From Acidovorax sp. (GTDB lineage: Bacteria > Pseudomonadota > Gammaproteobacteria > Burkholderiales > Burkholderiaceae_C): a DNA stretch of 60,946 nt. The position numbers were made by a program, and so were the translations under genes. Shown piece by piece: positions 49,664-59,331 of the stretch; the stretch's first letter is position 1, and each line of letters starts with the position of its first letter. Below the pieces are notes generated by a model. That model did no database searches. It was not told the DNA's origin and saw only the letters and a list, made by a program, of their open reading frames with translations. The DNA is taken from NCBI GenBank assembly GCA_024711405.1, contig JANJSZ010000042.1, positions 1 to 60,946 of the forward strand, written 5' to 3'.

Positions 49664-50347
49664 TCAAGCGCTCTCCGGCGCTTCCAGCACGTAGCCCATA
49701 CCCCGCACGGTCTGGATCAACTTGACGTCCTGGCCTTCGTCGATCTTCAGGCGCAAGCGCCGCATTGCCACTTCGATCACGTTGGTGTCGCTGTCGAAAT
49801 TCACGTCCCATACCTGCGAGGCGATCAAGGAGCGCGGCAAGACCTCGCCATGGCGGCGCATCAGCAGCTCCAAAAGACCGAATTCCTTGGCCGTCAGGTC
49901 GATGCGCTTTCCGGACCGGCTCACACGCCGGCGCAGAAGGTCCAGTTCCAGGTCAGCCACTTGCAGCGTGGTGGCTTCCATACCGGTTCGACCCCGCCGC
50001 AGGATGGTGCGTACACGCGCCAGCAACTCGGCAAACGAAAACGGTTTGACGAGGTAATCGTCGGCCCCCAACTCCAGCCCTTTGATGCGGTCTTCCACCT
50101 GATCACGGGCCGTGAGGAACAGCACGGGCATCTGTCGCCCCTGGCTGCGCAGGCTGCTCAGCACCTGCCACCCGTCCATGCCCGGCAACATGACGTCCAG
50201 GATCACCAGATCATGGTCACCCTCAAGCCCATGGTGCAGACCATCTATACCGTTGGTGACCAGATCAACGGTGTAACCTGCCTCGCGTAGGCCTTGCTTC
50301 AAGTAGTCGCCGGCTTTTGGCTCATCTTCAACGATCAGAATTTTCAC
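49664..50347 (-). CDS. cusR: Heavy-metal response regulator (CusR/CopR-like)
   Basis: GTG start [33 protein letters not shown]. Confidence 0.92.
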   Translation of the reverse strand: MKILIVEDEPKAGDYLKQGLREAGYTVDLVTNGIDGLHHGLEGDHDLVILDVMLPGMDGWQVLSSLRSQGRQMPVLFLTARDQVEDRIKGLELGADDYLVKPFSFAELLARVRTILRRGRTGMEATTLQVADLELDLLRRRVSRSGKRIDLTAKEFGLLELLMRRHGEVLPRSLIASQVWDVNFDSDTNVIEVAMRRLRLKIDEGQDVKLIQTVRGMGYVLEAPESA

Positions 50348-50399
50348 GGTCTTGCTCCTGGGCGCTAGTTTGCCTGCGTATCGGCCCATCGGATCAAAC

Positions 50400-50416
50400 A
50401 TGTCATTTTTGTAATC
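50400..50416. promoter_or_regulatory. Putative CusR/CopR box in the divergent promoter
   Basis: ATGTCATTTTTGTAATC resembles TGACA-N4-TGTAAT. Confidence 0.5.
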
Positions 50417-50492
50417 TGACGGACAGGGAAGTGACGCACCAGCACCGTGAGAATTCGGCCTGTTTGATCCATATCAAAAAGGAGCGATTGCA

Positions 50493-51599
50493 GTGAGATC
50501 TTCAATTCGAGTCCGTGCCACATGCCGCCTCTTGGTGGTGGGCATCTTGGCTGGCCCACTTGCGCTGTCTGCGCAGACAGCTTCTACAGTTCAGGAGTCC
50601 GACTGGCGTCGTGCCAATGATGCGGTGGGAACTTTCAAACGCGGCCACGCCGACGTGCTCAAGTGGGAGCAGGCCAATCTGACCGCCGATGCCAGACAAC
50701 CGGTCGCTACTGGCGCAGCCATCCCGACCGCCGAAGCGGCGGTTCGCATGGCCTGGCGGGCTCATCTCGAACTGGCCGGTCCGCTGGCTCGCCTGGGTGC
50801 GCAGAACGAACAGTTGATCGCGGAAGGCCGATGGACAGCGCTGGACCCAAGTCTGCAGCGCCGTGTCCACGATGCGGGGGAGGTGCTGGAGGTGGCCGTC
50901 CAGGGGCGCAAAGCGTGGATTGAAGCCGTGGCGGCGCAACAGGTGCTGAAGCACCAGCGCGACATGCTGGAAGCGGCCCAGGCCGCCAGTGAGCTGGGGC
51001 AGCGCATGGTGACGGTGGGCAACTGGAGCAAGTTGCAACTGACCCCGGTTCAGCTGGCTGAGACCAACGCCCGGATGAACCTGCGCCGTGCGCAATATGC
51101 GGCAGACCGGGCACAAAGCAGTCTGATCAAGACGATGGGGCAAATGGGTCTCCAGGACGGGTTTTCGCTCCCGGAGCAGCTTCCCGCCATCCCGGCTCAG
51201 GCCATGTCCGAAGCCGAACTGCAACCGCGTGCCGAGGCGATTCGCCAGCAGTTGCCCGATGCAGAGAGCCTGCGCAACCGGGCGCTGTTTAGGCAATCCA
51301 TGAACGCCTACCGGTCCGCGCATGCACTGGCGCTGGACAGCCAGGGGGATGTTCTGAAGACCCGTGAGTTCATCACCGAAGAAACGGTTCTTCACTACAA
51401 CGGCATGCTCAAAAGCGTCTGGGATCTTCTGGACGAGGTGCGCAACCAGTCCCAGGCGACGGTAGCGGCTATTGGCGCGCAACGCGATTTCTGGATCGCC
51501 GAAACCGACCTTCAGTGGGTCTTGCAGGGTGGAGCGCCTGACGGCTTCGTATCGCTGGGTGGCTCTGGTGGTGACGCCCCGGCCGCAGCAGCCCATTGA
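50493..51599 (+). CDS. Copper-associated outer-membrane factor (TolC-like), short form
   Basis: R.AW..AVAA, RM...GN.S.L, YNGML.SV..LL, RDFWIAE.DL motifs of OMFs found upstream of multicopper oxidases. Confidence 0.75.
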   Translation: MRSSIRVRATCRLLVVGILAGPLALSAQTASTVQESDWRRANDAVGTFKRGHADVLKWEQANLTADARQPVATGAAIPTAEAAVRMAWRAHLELAGPLARLGAQNEQLIAEGRWTALDPSLQRRVHDAGEVLEVAVQGRKAWIEAVAAQQVLKHQRDMLEAAQAASELGQRMVTVGNWSKLQLTPVQLAETNARMNLRRAQYAADRAQSSLIKTMGQMGLQDGFSLPEQLPAIPAQAMSEAELQPRAEAIRQQLPDAESLRNRALFRQSMNAYRSAHALALDSQGDVLKTREFITEETVLHYNGMLKSVWDLLDEVRNQSQATVAAIGAQRDFWIAETDLQWVLQGGAPDGFVSLGGSGGDAPAAAAH

Positions 51600-51612
51600 A
51601 AGGACAGAACCC

Positions 51613-53001
51613 ATGAACAACACCAATTCCAGACGACAGTTTTTTGCCGGCGCCGCGGCGTCCGTGGCCGGTTTGGCCGTGGCCCGCTCCGCCCTGGCGG
51701 GTTTGCCCGAGCCAGTCATTCAGACATCTGTCGACACCGCTCCGCCGCTCATCCCCTCGACTGGCAGGCCTTACAACCCGGTGGTCACCCTCAACGGCTG
51801 GACCTTGCCCTGGCGCATGAACAACGGAGTCAAAGAGTTCCACCTGGTGGCCGAGCCCGTGGTGCGCGAGGTATCGCCAGGCTTCAAGGTGAACATGTGG
51901 GGTTACAACGGCCAGAGCCCGGGCCCCACCATCGAAGTGGTCGAAGGCGATCGCGTCCGCATCTTCGTGACCAACAAGCTGCCCGAGCACACCACCATCC
52001 ACTGGCACGGCCAGCGCCTGCCCAGCGGCATGGACGGTGTGGGCGGTCTGAACCAGCGCGCCATTCCGGTGGGCAAGACCTATGTCTACGAATTTGAAGC
52101 GCGGCGCCCCGGCACTTTCATGTACCACCCGCATGCAGACGAAATGGTGCAGATGGCCATGGGCATGATGGGCATGTGGGTGACCCACCCCAAGACCAAA
52201 CACCCCCACATCAGCGAGGTGGACCGGGACTTCTGCTTCCTGCTCAACGCCTTCGACGTCGAGCCCGGCAGCAAGACGCCCAAAGTCAACACCATGACAG
52301 ACTTCAACATCTGGTGCTGGAACAGCCGGGTGTTTCCGGCCATCGACACCCTGAACGTTCGATTGAACGACCGTGTGCGCATCCGGGTGGGCAACCTCAC
52401 CATGACCAACCACCCGATCCATCTGCACGGCCACGAATTTCTGGTCACGGGCACCGACGGCGGCCCCACACCACCCAGCACGCGCTGGTACGAGGTCACC
52501 ACGGATGTGGCCGTGGGCCAGATGCGCCAGATCGAGCTGATCGCCGATGAGGAAGGCGACTGGGCCATGCACTGCCACAAGAGCCACCACACCATGAACG
52601 CCATGGGGCACGACGTGCCCACCATGATCGGCGTGGACCACCGCGGCTTGGTCAAGGAGATCCAGAAGGTCGCGCCCGACTACATGCTGATGGGCGAGCG
52701 CGGCATGGCCGATATGGGCGAGATGCAGATGCCCATACCCGACAACACGGCGCCCATGATGACCGGCACCGGCCAGTTCGGCCCGCTGGAGATGGGCGGC
52801 ATGTTCACGGTCTTCAAGGTGCGCAAAGACCAGAAACCCGGTGACTACAAAGACCCGGGACCGTACAAGTTCCCCGAAGGCACCGTGGCATACGAATGGA
52901 ACGGCGCGCTCCCGCCGACACCGCGCCCTGCAGCCAGCAGCGATGCGACGTCGGCCACCGCCAAGGCGGTAAAACCCTCCGCAAAAGGCATGTCTCACTG
53001 A
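51613..53001 (+). CDS. Periplasmic multicopper oxidase (Tat-exported)
   Basis: SRRQFF twin-Arg signal; HWHG, MYHPH, HPIHLHGH, HCHKSHH. Confidence 0.95.
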   Translation: MNNTNSRRQFFAGAAASVAGLAVARSALAGLPEPVIQTSVDTAPPLIPSTGRPYNPVVTLNGWTLPWRMNNGVKEFHLVAEPVVREVSPGFKVNMWGYNGQSPGPTIEVVEGDRVRIFVTNKLPEHTTIHWHGQRLPSGMDGVGGLNQRAIPVGKTYVYEFEARRPGTFMYHPHADEMVQMAMGMMGMWVTHPKTKHPHISEVDRDFCFLLNAFDVEPGSKTPKVNTMTDFNIWCWNSRVFPAIDTLNVRLNDRVRIRVGNLTMTNHPIHLHGHEFLVTGTDGGPTPPSTRWYEVTTDVAVGQMRQIELIADEEGDWAMHCHKSHHTMNAMGHDVPTMIGVDHRGLVKEIQKVAPDYMLMGERGMADMGEMQMPIPDNTAPMMTGTGQFGPLEMGGMFTVFKVRKDQKPGDYKDPGPYKFPEGTVAYEWNGALPPTPRPAASSDATSATAKAVKPSAKGMSH

Positions 53002-53063
53002 ACCTGCAACACCCGTAACAAGGGTGCTCAACCTTTTTCCAACCCAACATTGAAAACATCCCC

Positions 53064-53555
53064 ATGAAACTCGCACGATCCATCCTGTCCCTTCGCTCTG
53101 CGCTTTTTTTCTCCGGCGTTTTGCTGGCCAGCACGGCGGCCACCGCCGCCGGAAAACATGACGGCGGGCACCACGAGTCCCCGATTGGCAAGCCTGGTGT
53201 GGCCTCAAAAGTCAGTCGCACCATCCATGTTGACATGAGCAATGGCATGCGGTTCAAGCCCTCGGACATCCGCGTCAAGCAAGGCGAAACGATCCGCTTC
53301 GTCCTGAAAAACACCGACAGCGTCAAACACGAGTTCAGTCTGGGTACGCCGCAAGAACTGCTGGAGCACTACGAAGTGATGAAGAAGTTCCCCGAAATGG
53401 AGCACGATGAACCCAACAAGATTTCACTGGCCCCCGGCAAACAAGGAGAGGTGATCTGGCAGTTCAGCAAAGCTGGTACCGTTGATTTCGCGTGTCTGCA
53501 CGTGGGTCACTTCGAAGCAGGCATGAAGGGCCAGGTCAAGGTCGCCGCCAAGTAA
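53064..53555 (+). CDS. Cupredoxin-family periplasmic protein (CopI-like)
   Basis: MRF.P, HEF, M.H, FAC...GH.EAGM.G. Confidence 0.88.
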   Translation: MKLARSILSLRSALFFSGVLLASTAATAAGKHDGGHHESPIGKPGVASKVSRTIHVDMSNGMRFKPSDIRVKQGETIRFVLKNTDSVKHEFSLGTPQELLEHYEVMKKFPEMEHDEPNKISLAPGKQGEVIWQFSKAGTVDFACLHVGHFEAGMKGQVKVAAK

Positions 53556-53604
53556 CCGAACTTTGATCCAGCATGACCTCAACCCAATTGCACATGGAGT
53601 CACG

Positions 53605-53943
53605 ATGAAACTGCGATTATTTCTGAGCGCAACCGCACTGGCCATCACGGCCCTGGCTGGCAATCCTGTGTTCGCGCAGATGAACATGGACCACGGAAAA
53701 ATGGGCATGGCGGCAGCCCCCGGCATGACCGATGGCGAAGTCCGGAAAATCGACAAGGACGCGGGCAAGATCACCATCAAGCACGGCGAAATCAAGCACA
53801 TGGAAATGCCCGGCATGACCATGGTGTTCGTGGTCAAGGACAAAGCCTTGCTGGACAAGACTGCTATCGGGGCCAAGATCCAGTTCATGGTCATGAGCGA
53901 AAGCGGCCAGATGGTGGTGACGGATATCCAGCCCACCAAGTGA
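53605..53943 (+). CDS. cusF: CusF-like Cu/Ag metallochaperone
   Basis: GEVRKID...KITIKHG.I....MPGMTMVF. Confidence 0.88.
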   Translation: MKLRLFLSATALAITALAGNPVFAQMNMDHGKMGMAAAPGMTDGEVRKIDKDAGKITIKHGEIKHMEMPGMTMVFVVKDKALLDKTAIGAKIQFMVMSESGQMVVTDIQPTK

Positions 53944-54449
53944 TCCGGCGGTCCCAGTCTGTCCGTCTTGCTGCGGCCGGCCTTGCCTTGGCGGGGATGG
54001 CCGCAGCCCTCTTTTGGTGGCGATCGGCTGATCTCTTCGGCGCAAACGCACCAGGAGTGCTTCGCCCTGATGACGCTGTGGTGCTCAAGCAGGGTGGGCA
54101 GATCTATCAGGCGCGGTGCGCCAGTTGTCACGGCGTGAATCTTGAAGGGCAGGCTAACTGGCGAGAGCCGGGCACGGACGGGCGCTTGCCCGCGCCGCCC
54201 CATGACGAGAGCGGACACACCTGGCACCATCCTGACGACGTGTTGATTCGCATCACCAAAGAGGGCGTTGTCAAGGCAGCTGGCTTGACGGACTACGCCA
54301 CCAACATGCCGGCCTTTGGCGACTCGCTCAGCGATGCCGACATCGTGGCGGTGCTGTCCTGGATCAAGTCCCGGTGGTCGCGAGACATCCAGTCCCAACA
54401 CGACGAGGCCAACCGCCAATTGAATCAACGGTCGAAACGCGGATCCTGA
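53940..54449 (+). CDS. c-type cytochrome
   Basis: CASCHG haem motif, APPHD..GHTWHH, MPAF. Confidence 0.9.
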   Translation: MIRRSQSVRLAAAGLALAGMAAALFWWRSADLFGANAPGVLRPDDAVVLKQGGQIYQARCASCHGVNLEGQANWREPGTDGRLPAPPHDESGHTWHHPDDVLIRITKEGVVKAAGLTDYATNMPAFGDSLSDADIVAVLSWIKSRWSRDIQSQHDEANRQLNQRSKRGS

Positions 54450-54461
54450 CTTTTTTGTCAT
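54446..54461. promoter_or_regulatory. Second CusR/CopR-box-like palindrome
   Basis: TGAC-TTTTTT-GTCA upstream of the Met-rich gene. Confidence 0.4.
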
Positions 54462-54603
54462 CTTTGGGTCATCTTGCCGACCATGGTCGGCTCCTACAGT
54501 GACTGCATGGCGTGAGGGCGCCGATACAAACCACATGGTTGTCGATGACCTTCATACCTGCTCTGGCAATCCTGCCGGTTTCTGGTCGTGAAAGGAAATA
54601 GAT

Positions 54604-55065
54604 ATGTCCAAGTGGATCCCAACCCTTCTGGCGGTGGCAGTCTCCGGCATGGCGTTTGCTGCTTCGGCGCAACAGGCCGAAGTGCAAGCCCCGCAGGCAA
54701 CACCCCAGGCCGGCATGCCCATGGGCATGTCTTCAATGCCGCAGATGCAACAAAAAATGCAGCAGCAGATGGACACCATGCAGGCGCTGCGCGCCAAGAT
54801 GGCGGCGGCCAAAACACCTGCTGAGCGACAAGCCCTGATGGCCGAGCATACGAAGGCCATGCAAGAGGGTATGGACATGATGAAAAGCATGAAGTCCATG
54901 GGGGGCATGCAAGGAATGCAGGGAATGGGTACCCCTGGCGCCGGATCGGCGGATCTGCCCCAGCGTCATCAAATGATGGAAATGCGCATGGACATGATGC
55001 AGAACATGATGGACATGATGATGCAGCGCATGCCGCCAACGCCCGGAGACGCCGGCGCCAAGTGA
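54604..55065 (+). CDS. Met-rich periplasmic protein (putative Cu(I)/Ag(I) binding)
   Basis: Signal peptide; ERQALMAEH...MQEGM, MMEMRMDMMQ.MM.MMM. Confidence 0.8.
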   Translation: MSKWIPTLLAVAVSGMAFAASAQQAEVQAPQATPQAGMPMGMSSMPQMQQKMQQQMDTMQALRAKMAAAKTPAERQALMAEHTKAMQEGMDMMKSMKSMGGMQGMQGMGTPGAGSADLPQRHQMMEMRMDMMQNMMDMMMQRMPPTPGDAGAK

Positions 55066-55197
55066 GTGCACGGGCCGACCGGCTCTTGCCGACCTTCCAG
55101 TTCCAACCCAGGAGATGCTGGATAGATCACGCCGAAGCAGGATGGATGCTGCGGTACGCGGTAACGGTCTGAATAACCAACGGCGCAGGAGCCCACC

Positions 55198-55491
55198 ATG
55201 AACCAGCAGATACCCAACCACGCGCATGAACCCAAGAGCCTGTGGCGCACGCGCTATGGCATTGGCCTGCTGGTGCTGGGCGCGGTCGCGGCATTTTTTC
55301 TGCTGACCGAGCACCGGGCACATGTCTTCGGCACCTTGCCGTTTCTGCTGATCCTGGCCTGCCCCTTGATGCATCTGTTCATGCACCGCGGCCATGGTGA
55401 TCATGGTCATCACCGTGGTTCCGAGCAGCCACGGATCGAGGCAGAAGAGCCAGGCCAGCCAACCCAGACGAACCAGGGAGATCGGTCATGA
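55198..55491 (+). CDS. DUF2933-like membrane protein
   Basis: EH..H....LP.L..LACPLMHLFMH.GHG. Confidence 0.85.
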   Translation: MNQQIPNHAHEPKSLWRTRYGIGLLVLGAVAAFFLLTEHRAHVFGTLPFLLILACPLMHLFMHRGHGDHGHHRGSEQPRIEAEEPGQPTQTNQGDRS

Positions 55492-56138
55492 ATCACAGTG
55501 AAACCGCGTATGGCCTTTGGTTTTTGGTGGCCCTTAACTCGGCCGTTTTCATCCTGTTTGCCTTCAGCTTCTTCAAGCCTGCCACTGCGCGCGACTGGCG
55601 CACTTTTGGCGCCTTTTCTGCTTTCGTCGTCGCCTTGTTTGTCGAGATGTACGGCTTTCCGCTGACCATCTACCTGATGTCTGGATGGCTGGCGACGCGG
55701 TTTCCTGGTCTTGACCTGCTGACCCACGATACCGGTCACCTGTGGTCCACCTTGCTGGGCGAAACAGGTGATCCCCATTTCGGTGTCCTGCATCTGGCCA
55801 GCTATGTCTTTCTGGGATATGGCTTTTACCTGCTGTCGAGCGCGTGGCATGTTCTGTATCACGCACAGCGACAGCATTCGCTGGCGACCACCGGGCCTTA
55901 CGCCCGCATCCGGCATCCGCAGTACGTGGCCTTCGTGTTGATTCTGCTGGGCTTTCTCTTGCAGTGGCCGACGCTGCTGACCCTGCTGATGTTCCCGGTC
56001 TTGCTGGTGATGTACGGGCGGCTCGCCATCACGGAAGAAAACGAAATGCGCAAGCAGTTCGGTGTGAAGTACGACGCGTATGCCCGGTCCACACCCCGAT
56101 TTATCCCGCGCATCGGGCGAGGCGCAGCCGAGGGCTAA
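55488..56138 (+). CDS. Isoprenylcysteine carboxyl methyltransferase-family membrane protein
   Basis: EMYGFPLT, L.TTGPYA.IRHPQY, EE......FG..Y..Y....PRFIP. Confidence 0.9.
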   Translation: MNHSETAYGLWFLVALNSAVFILFAFSFFKPATARDWRTFGAFSAFVVALFVEMYGFPLTIYLMSGWLATRFPGLDLLTHDTGHLWSTLLGETGDPHFGVLHLASYVFLGYGFYLLSSAWHVLYHAQRQHSLATTGPYARIRHPQYVAFVLILLGFLLQWPTLLTLLMFPVLLVMYGRLAITEENEMRKQFGVKYDAYARSTPRFIPRIGRGAAEG

Positions 56139-56236
56139 GCAGGTGGCAAGGATGAACCGGACTTTTACATAGGTACGGGTGGCTGCGGTTGCCGCTGACT
56201 AACATGGGCAATGATCTTTTACTCAAGGAGTGCATC

Positions 56237-56686
56237 ATGGTGAATAAAAATGACGGCGTGACGGGCCGGCGCATGGGGTTCGTGGCATCCATGGCCTTGG
56301 CGGGCCTGTTGATGGCCACGGTGTCATGGGTTGCACGGGCCCAAACAAACCCGGCTGCCACCGCCGAGCGGTCGTCCAGTGAGCAGGGGGTGACGGTCAA
56401 GGTGACTGCGAAGTCTCTCGGATTGCCGGGCAGCCCGTGGGAATTCGCTGTTGTGCTGGACACGCACAGTGCCGACCTGAGCGATGACCTGATCCAAAGC
56501 GCCACCTTGACGACCGACGACGGGCGCACGTTTAAGCCCACAGGCTGGCTGGGCGCGCCACCGGGCGGTCACCACCGCGAAGGCTCGCTGGTGTTCGATG
56601 TGCCGGCGCCGCGCCCAGGTGCGATTGAACTGCGGATCGACCGGCCGGGCGAATCCGCTGCTCGTACCTTTCGCTGGCAACTTTGA
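56237..56686 (+). CDS. Hypothetical exported protein
   Basis: RBS AAGGAG; RR-containing signal; LDTHS.DL, GGHHR.G.L.F. Confidence 0.7.
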   Translation: MVNKNDGVTGRRMGFVASMALAGLLMATVSWVARAQTNPAATAERSSSEQGVTVKVTAKSLGLPGSPWEFAVVLDTHSADLSDDLIQSATLTTDDGRTFKPTGWLGAPPGGHHREGSLVFDVPAPRPGAIELRIDRPGESAARTFRWQL

Positions 56687-56698
56687 AAGGTTGACTCC

Positions 56699-56977
56699 AT
56701 GAACCAACCTGACAACGGCTCCCGTCCACCATCGTTCTGGCGCCGCCCAGCCGGCATGGCGCTGGCAACGGCTGCCTTGATCGCCGGTTTTTACCTGCTG
56801 CGAGAGCACTGGGGCCATGTTCTGGGTTATTGGCCCTACCTGCTGCTCCTCGCCTGCCCGCTGATGCACCTGATGCACGGCCACGGCGGCCACGGCGGCC
56901 ATAGCGGCCATAGCGGCCATGGTGGGCATAACAACCCTGCGCAGACGCCCCGGCGGCCCAACAACGACAAGGAATAA
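56699..56977 (+). CDS. Second DUF2933-like membrane protein
   Basis: EH.GH....WPYLLLLACPLMHL.HGHGGH; Gly/His tail encoded by 9-nt repeats. Confidence 0.85.
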   Translation: MNQPDNGSRPPSFWRRPAGMALATAALIAGFYLLREHWGHVLGYWPYLLLLACPLMHLMHGHGGHGGHSGHSGHGGHNNPAQTPRRPNNDKE

Positions 56978-56980
56978 GCA

Positions 56981-59314
56981 ATGGACATGCATGCACACCA
57001 CCATCACGGCAGTCCCCCCCCTGCCGAGCCTGCCCCTCCAACGGATCTGTAGGATCCGGTGTGCGGCATGAACATCACGGAGCAGTCTGAACACCAATGG
57101 ACGCACGCAGGGCGGCCCTACTATTTCTGTAGTGCCAAGTGCCAAAGCAAGTTCGCGGCGAACCCGTTGCAATACCTTGTATCTGTAGCCCCCGCGGACA
57201 CTGCGCCAGAGCCTGCCGGAACCATCTACACCTGCCCCATGCACCCGGAGGTGCGCCAGGATCATCCCGGCACCTGTCCCAAGTGCGGCATGACACTGGA
57301 GCCCATCATTCCCCTGGGCGAGGAAGACAACCATGAGTTAAAGGATTTTCAGCGTCGCTTCTGGTGGACACTGCCCTTCACGGTCATCGTCACCGTTCTT
57401 GCCATGTTCGGCCATCGCCTCGGATGGTTTGACATGAAAGTGCAAACCTGGGTTGAACTGGCGCTGTCGCTCCCTGTCGTGTTATGGACTGGCTGGCCCT
57501 TCTTCGCACGCGGATGGCAGTCCCTCATCCTTCGCAGTCCCAACATGTGGACCTTGATTGGTCTGGGTACGGGCGCGGCCTTTCTCTACAGCCTGGTAGC
57601 CACCCTGGCACCGGGCGTGTTCCCGGATTCGTTTGTCTCCATGGGGCGTGTGGCTGTGTACTACGAGGCAACCGTGGTCATCATCTCGCTGACCATGTTG
57701 GGCCAGATCATCGAGTTGAAGGCCCGTTCGCAAACCTCTGCGGCGATCAAGGCGCTGCTCGGTTTGGCGCCCAAGACGGCACGCCGCATCAATGCGGACG
57801 GCAGCGAAGAAGACGTACCTCTGAACCATGTGCACGTCGGAGACCTGCTGCGCATTCGCCCCGGCGAGAAAGTGCCGGTCGATGGCGTTGTGACCGAGGG
57901 CAGCAGCGCCGTCGATGAATCCATGCTGACCGGTGAACCTGTGCCGGTGACCAAACGCATTGGTGACAATGTCATTGGTGCCACGATGAACACCAGTGGC
58001 GCCTTGGTGATGCGCTCCGAGAAGGTCGGTGCGGCCACCATGCTGTCGCAGATAGTCCAGATGGTGGCCAATGCCCAGCGCTCGAAGGCGCCCATGCAGC
58101 GCATGGCGGACGTGGTCGCAGGAAAATTCGTGGTCGTGGTGGTGCTCATCGCCATTACCACCTTCTTTGTCTGGGGCCTGTTTGGTCCGGAACCCAGCTG
58201 GGTGTTTGGCTTGATCAACGCCGTGGCCGTGCTGATCATCGCGTGCCCTTGTGCACTGGGGCTGGCCACGCCCATGTCGGTGATGGTGGCCACAGGGCGG
58301 GCTGCGACACAGGGAGTGTTGTTCCGCGATGCGGGTGCCATCGAAAAAATGCGCGAGGTGGACACGCTGATTGTGGACAAAACAGGAACTTTGACAGAAG
58401 GTAAGCCCGCTTTCGACACCGCAGTAGCCGCCCCAGGATATACAGCGGACGAAGTTCTGCGCCTTGCTGCCAGTTTGGACCAAGGCAGCGAACACCCTTT
58501 GGCAGAGGCTATCGTCAGCGCTGCGCGTGCTAAAGGCCTGGAGCTGGTCAAACCCGTTGATTTCGAGTCAGGCAGCGGGATCGGTGTGCGAGGCATCGTC
58601 GATGGCAGGCACCTGGTGCTGGGAAACACCGCATTGATGCAGCAGGAGGGCGTGGCCACTGATGCGCTCAAGATGGATGGCGAGCGCCTGCGCAGTGAAG
58701 GCGCCAGCGTGATGCATCTGGCCGTGGACAGGCAACTGGCTGGCATCTTGGCCGTGACCGATCCCATCAAGGCCACCACGCTGGAAGCCATCAGAACTTT
58801 GCACGCCAGTGGCTTGCGCATCGTGATGGCCACTGGCGATGGCCTGACCACCGCCAAGGCCGTGGGTGCAAAACTTGGCATCGACGAGGTGCATGGCGAA
58901 GTCAAGCCCGCCGACAAGCTGGCGCTTGTGGAACGGCTGCAGAAAGAGGGTCGCATTGTCGCCATGGCCGGCGATGGCATCAACGATGCGCCTGCATTGG
59001 CCAAGGCCGATGTCGGCGTGGCCATGGGCACGGGGACCGATGTGGCCATGAACAGCGGTCAGGTCACACTGTTCAAAGGCGACTTGCGCGGCATCACTGC
59101 GGCGCGTGACATCTCCACTGACACGGTCCGAAACATGCGCCAGAACCTGCTGTTCGCATTCGTTTACAACGGCATTGGGGTGCCGATTGCGGCAGGTGTG
59201 TTGTACCCGTTTACTGGGTGGTTGTTGTCCCCGCTGATCGCGGCACTGGCGATGAGCCTCAGTTCGGCGTCGGTGATTTTCAACGCGCTGCGTCTGCGGC
59301 GCGGCAAAAGATGA
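56981..59314 (+). CDS. Cu(I)/Ag(I)-translocating P1B-type ATPase; in-frame TAG at 57050-57052 (pseudogene or downstream restart)
   Basis: YHS domain DPVCGM...[46 protein letters not shown] and MSLSS. Confidence 0.9.
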
Positions 59315-59331
59315 CACCGTAGTTCGGAGGA

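Noticed and set aside
51469-53208. 579-aa minus-strand ORF over the multicopper oxidase (also 50502-51719 and 57661-59049)
   Set aside because: Antisense shadows of well-supported genes.
57050-57052. Programmed amber recoding (pyrrolysine or alternative code)
   Set aside because: TAG terminates other genes here normally (e.g. hsdR, chrB) and no pyl machinery is present; a point mutation or sequencing error is simpler.
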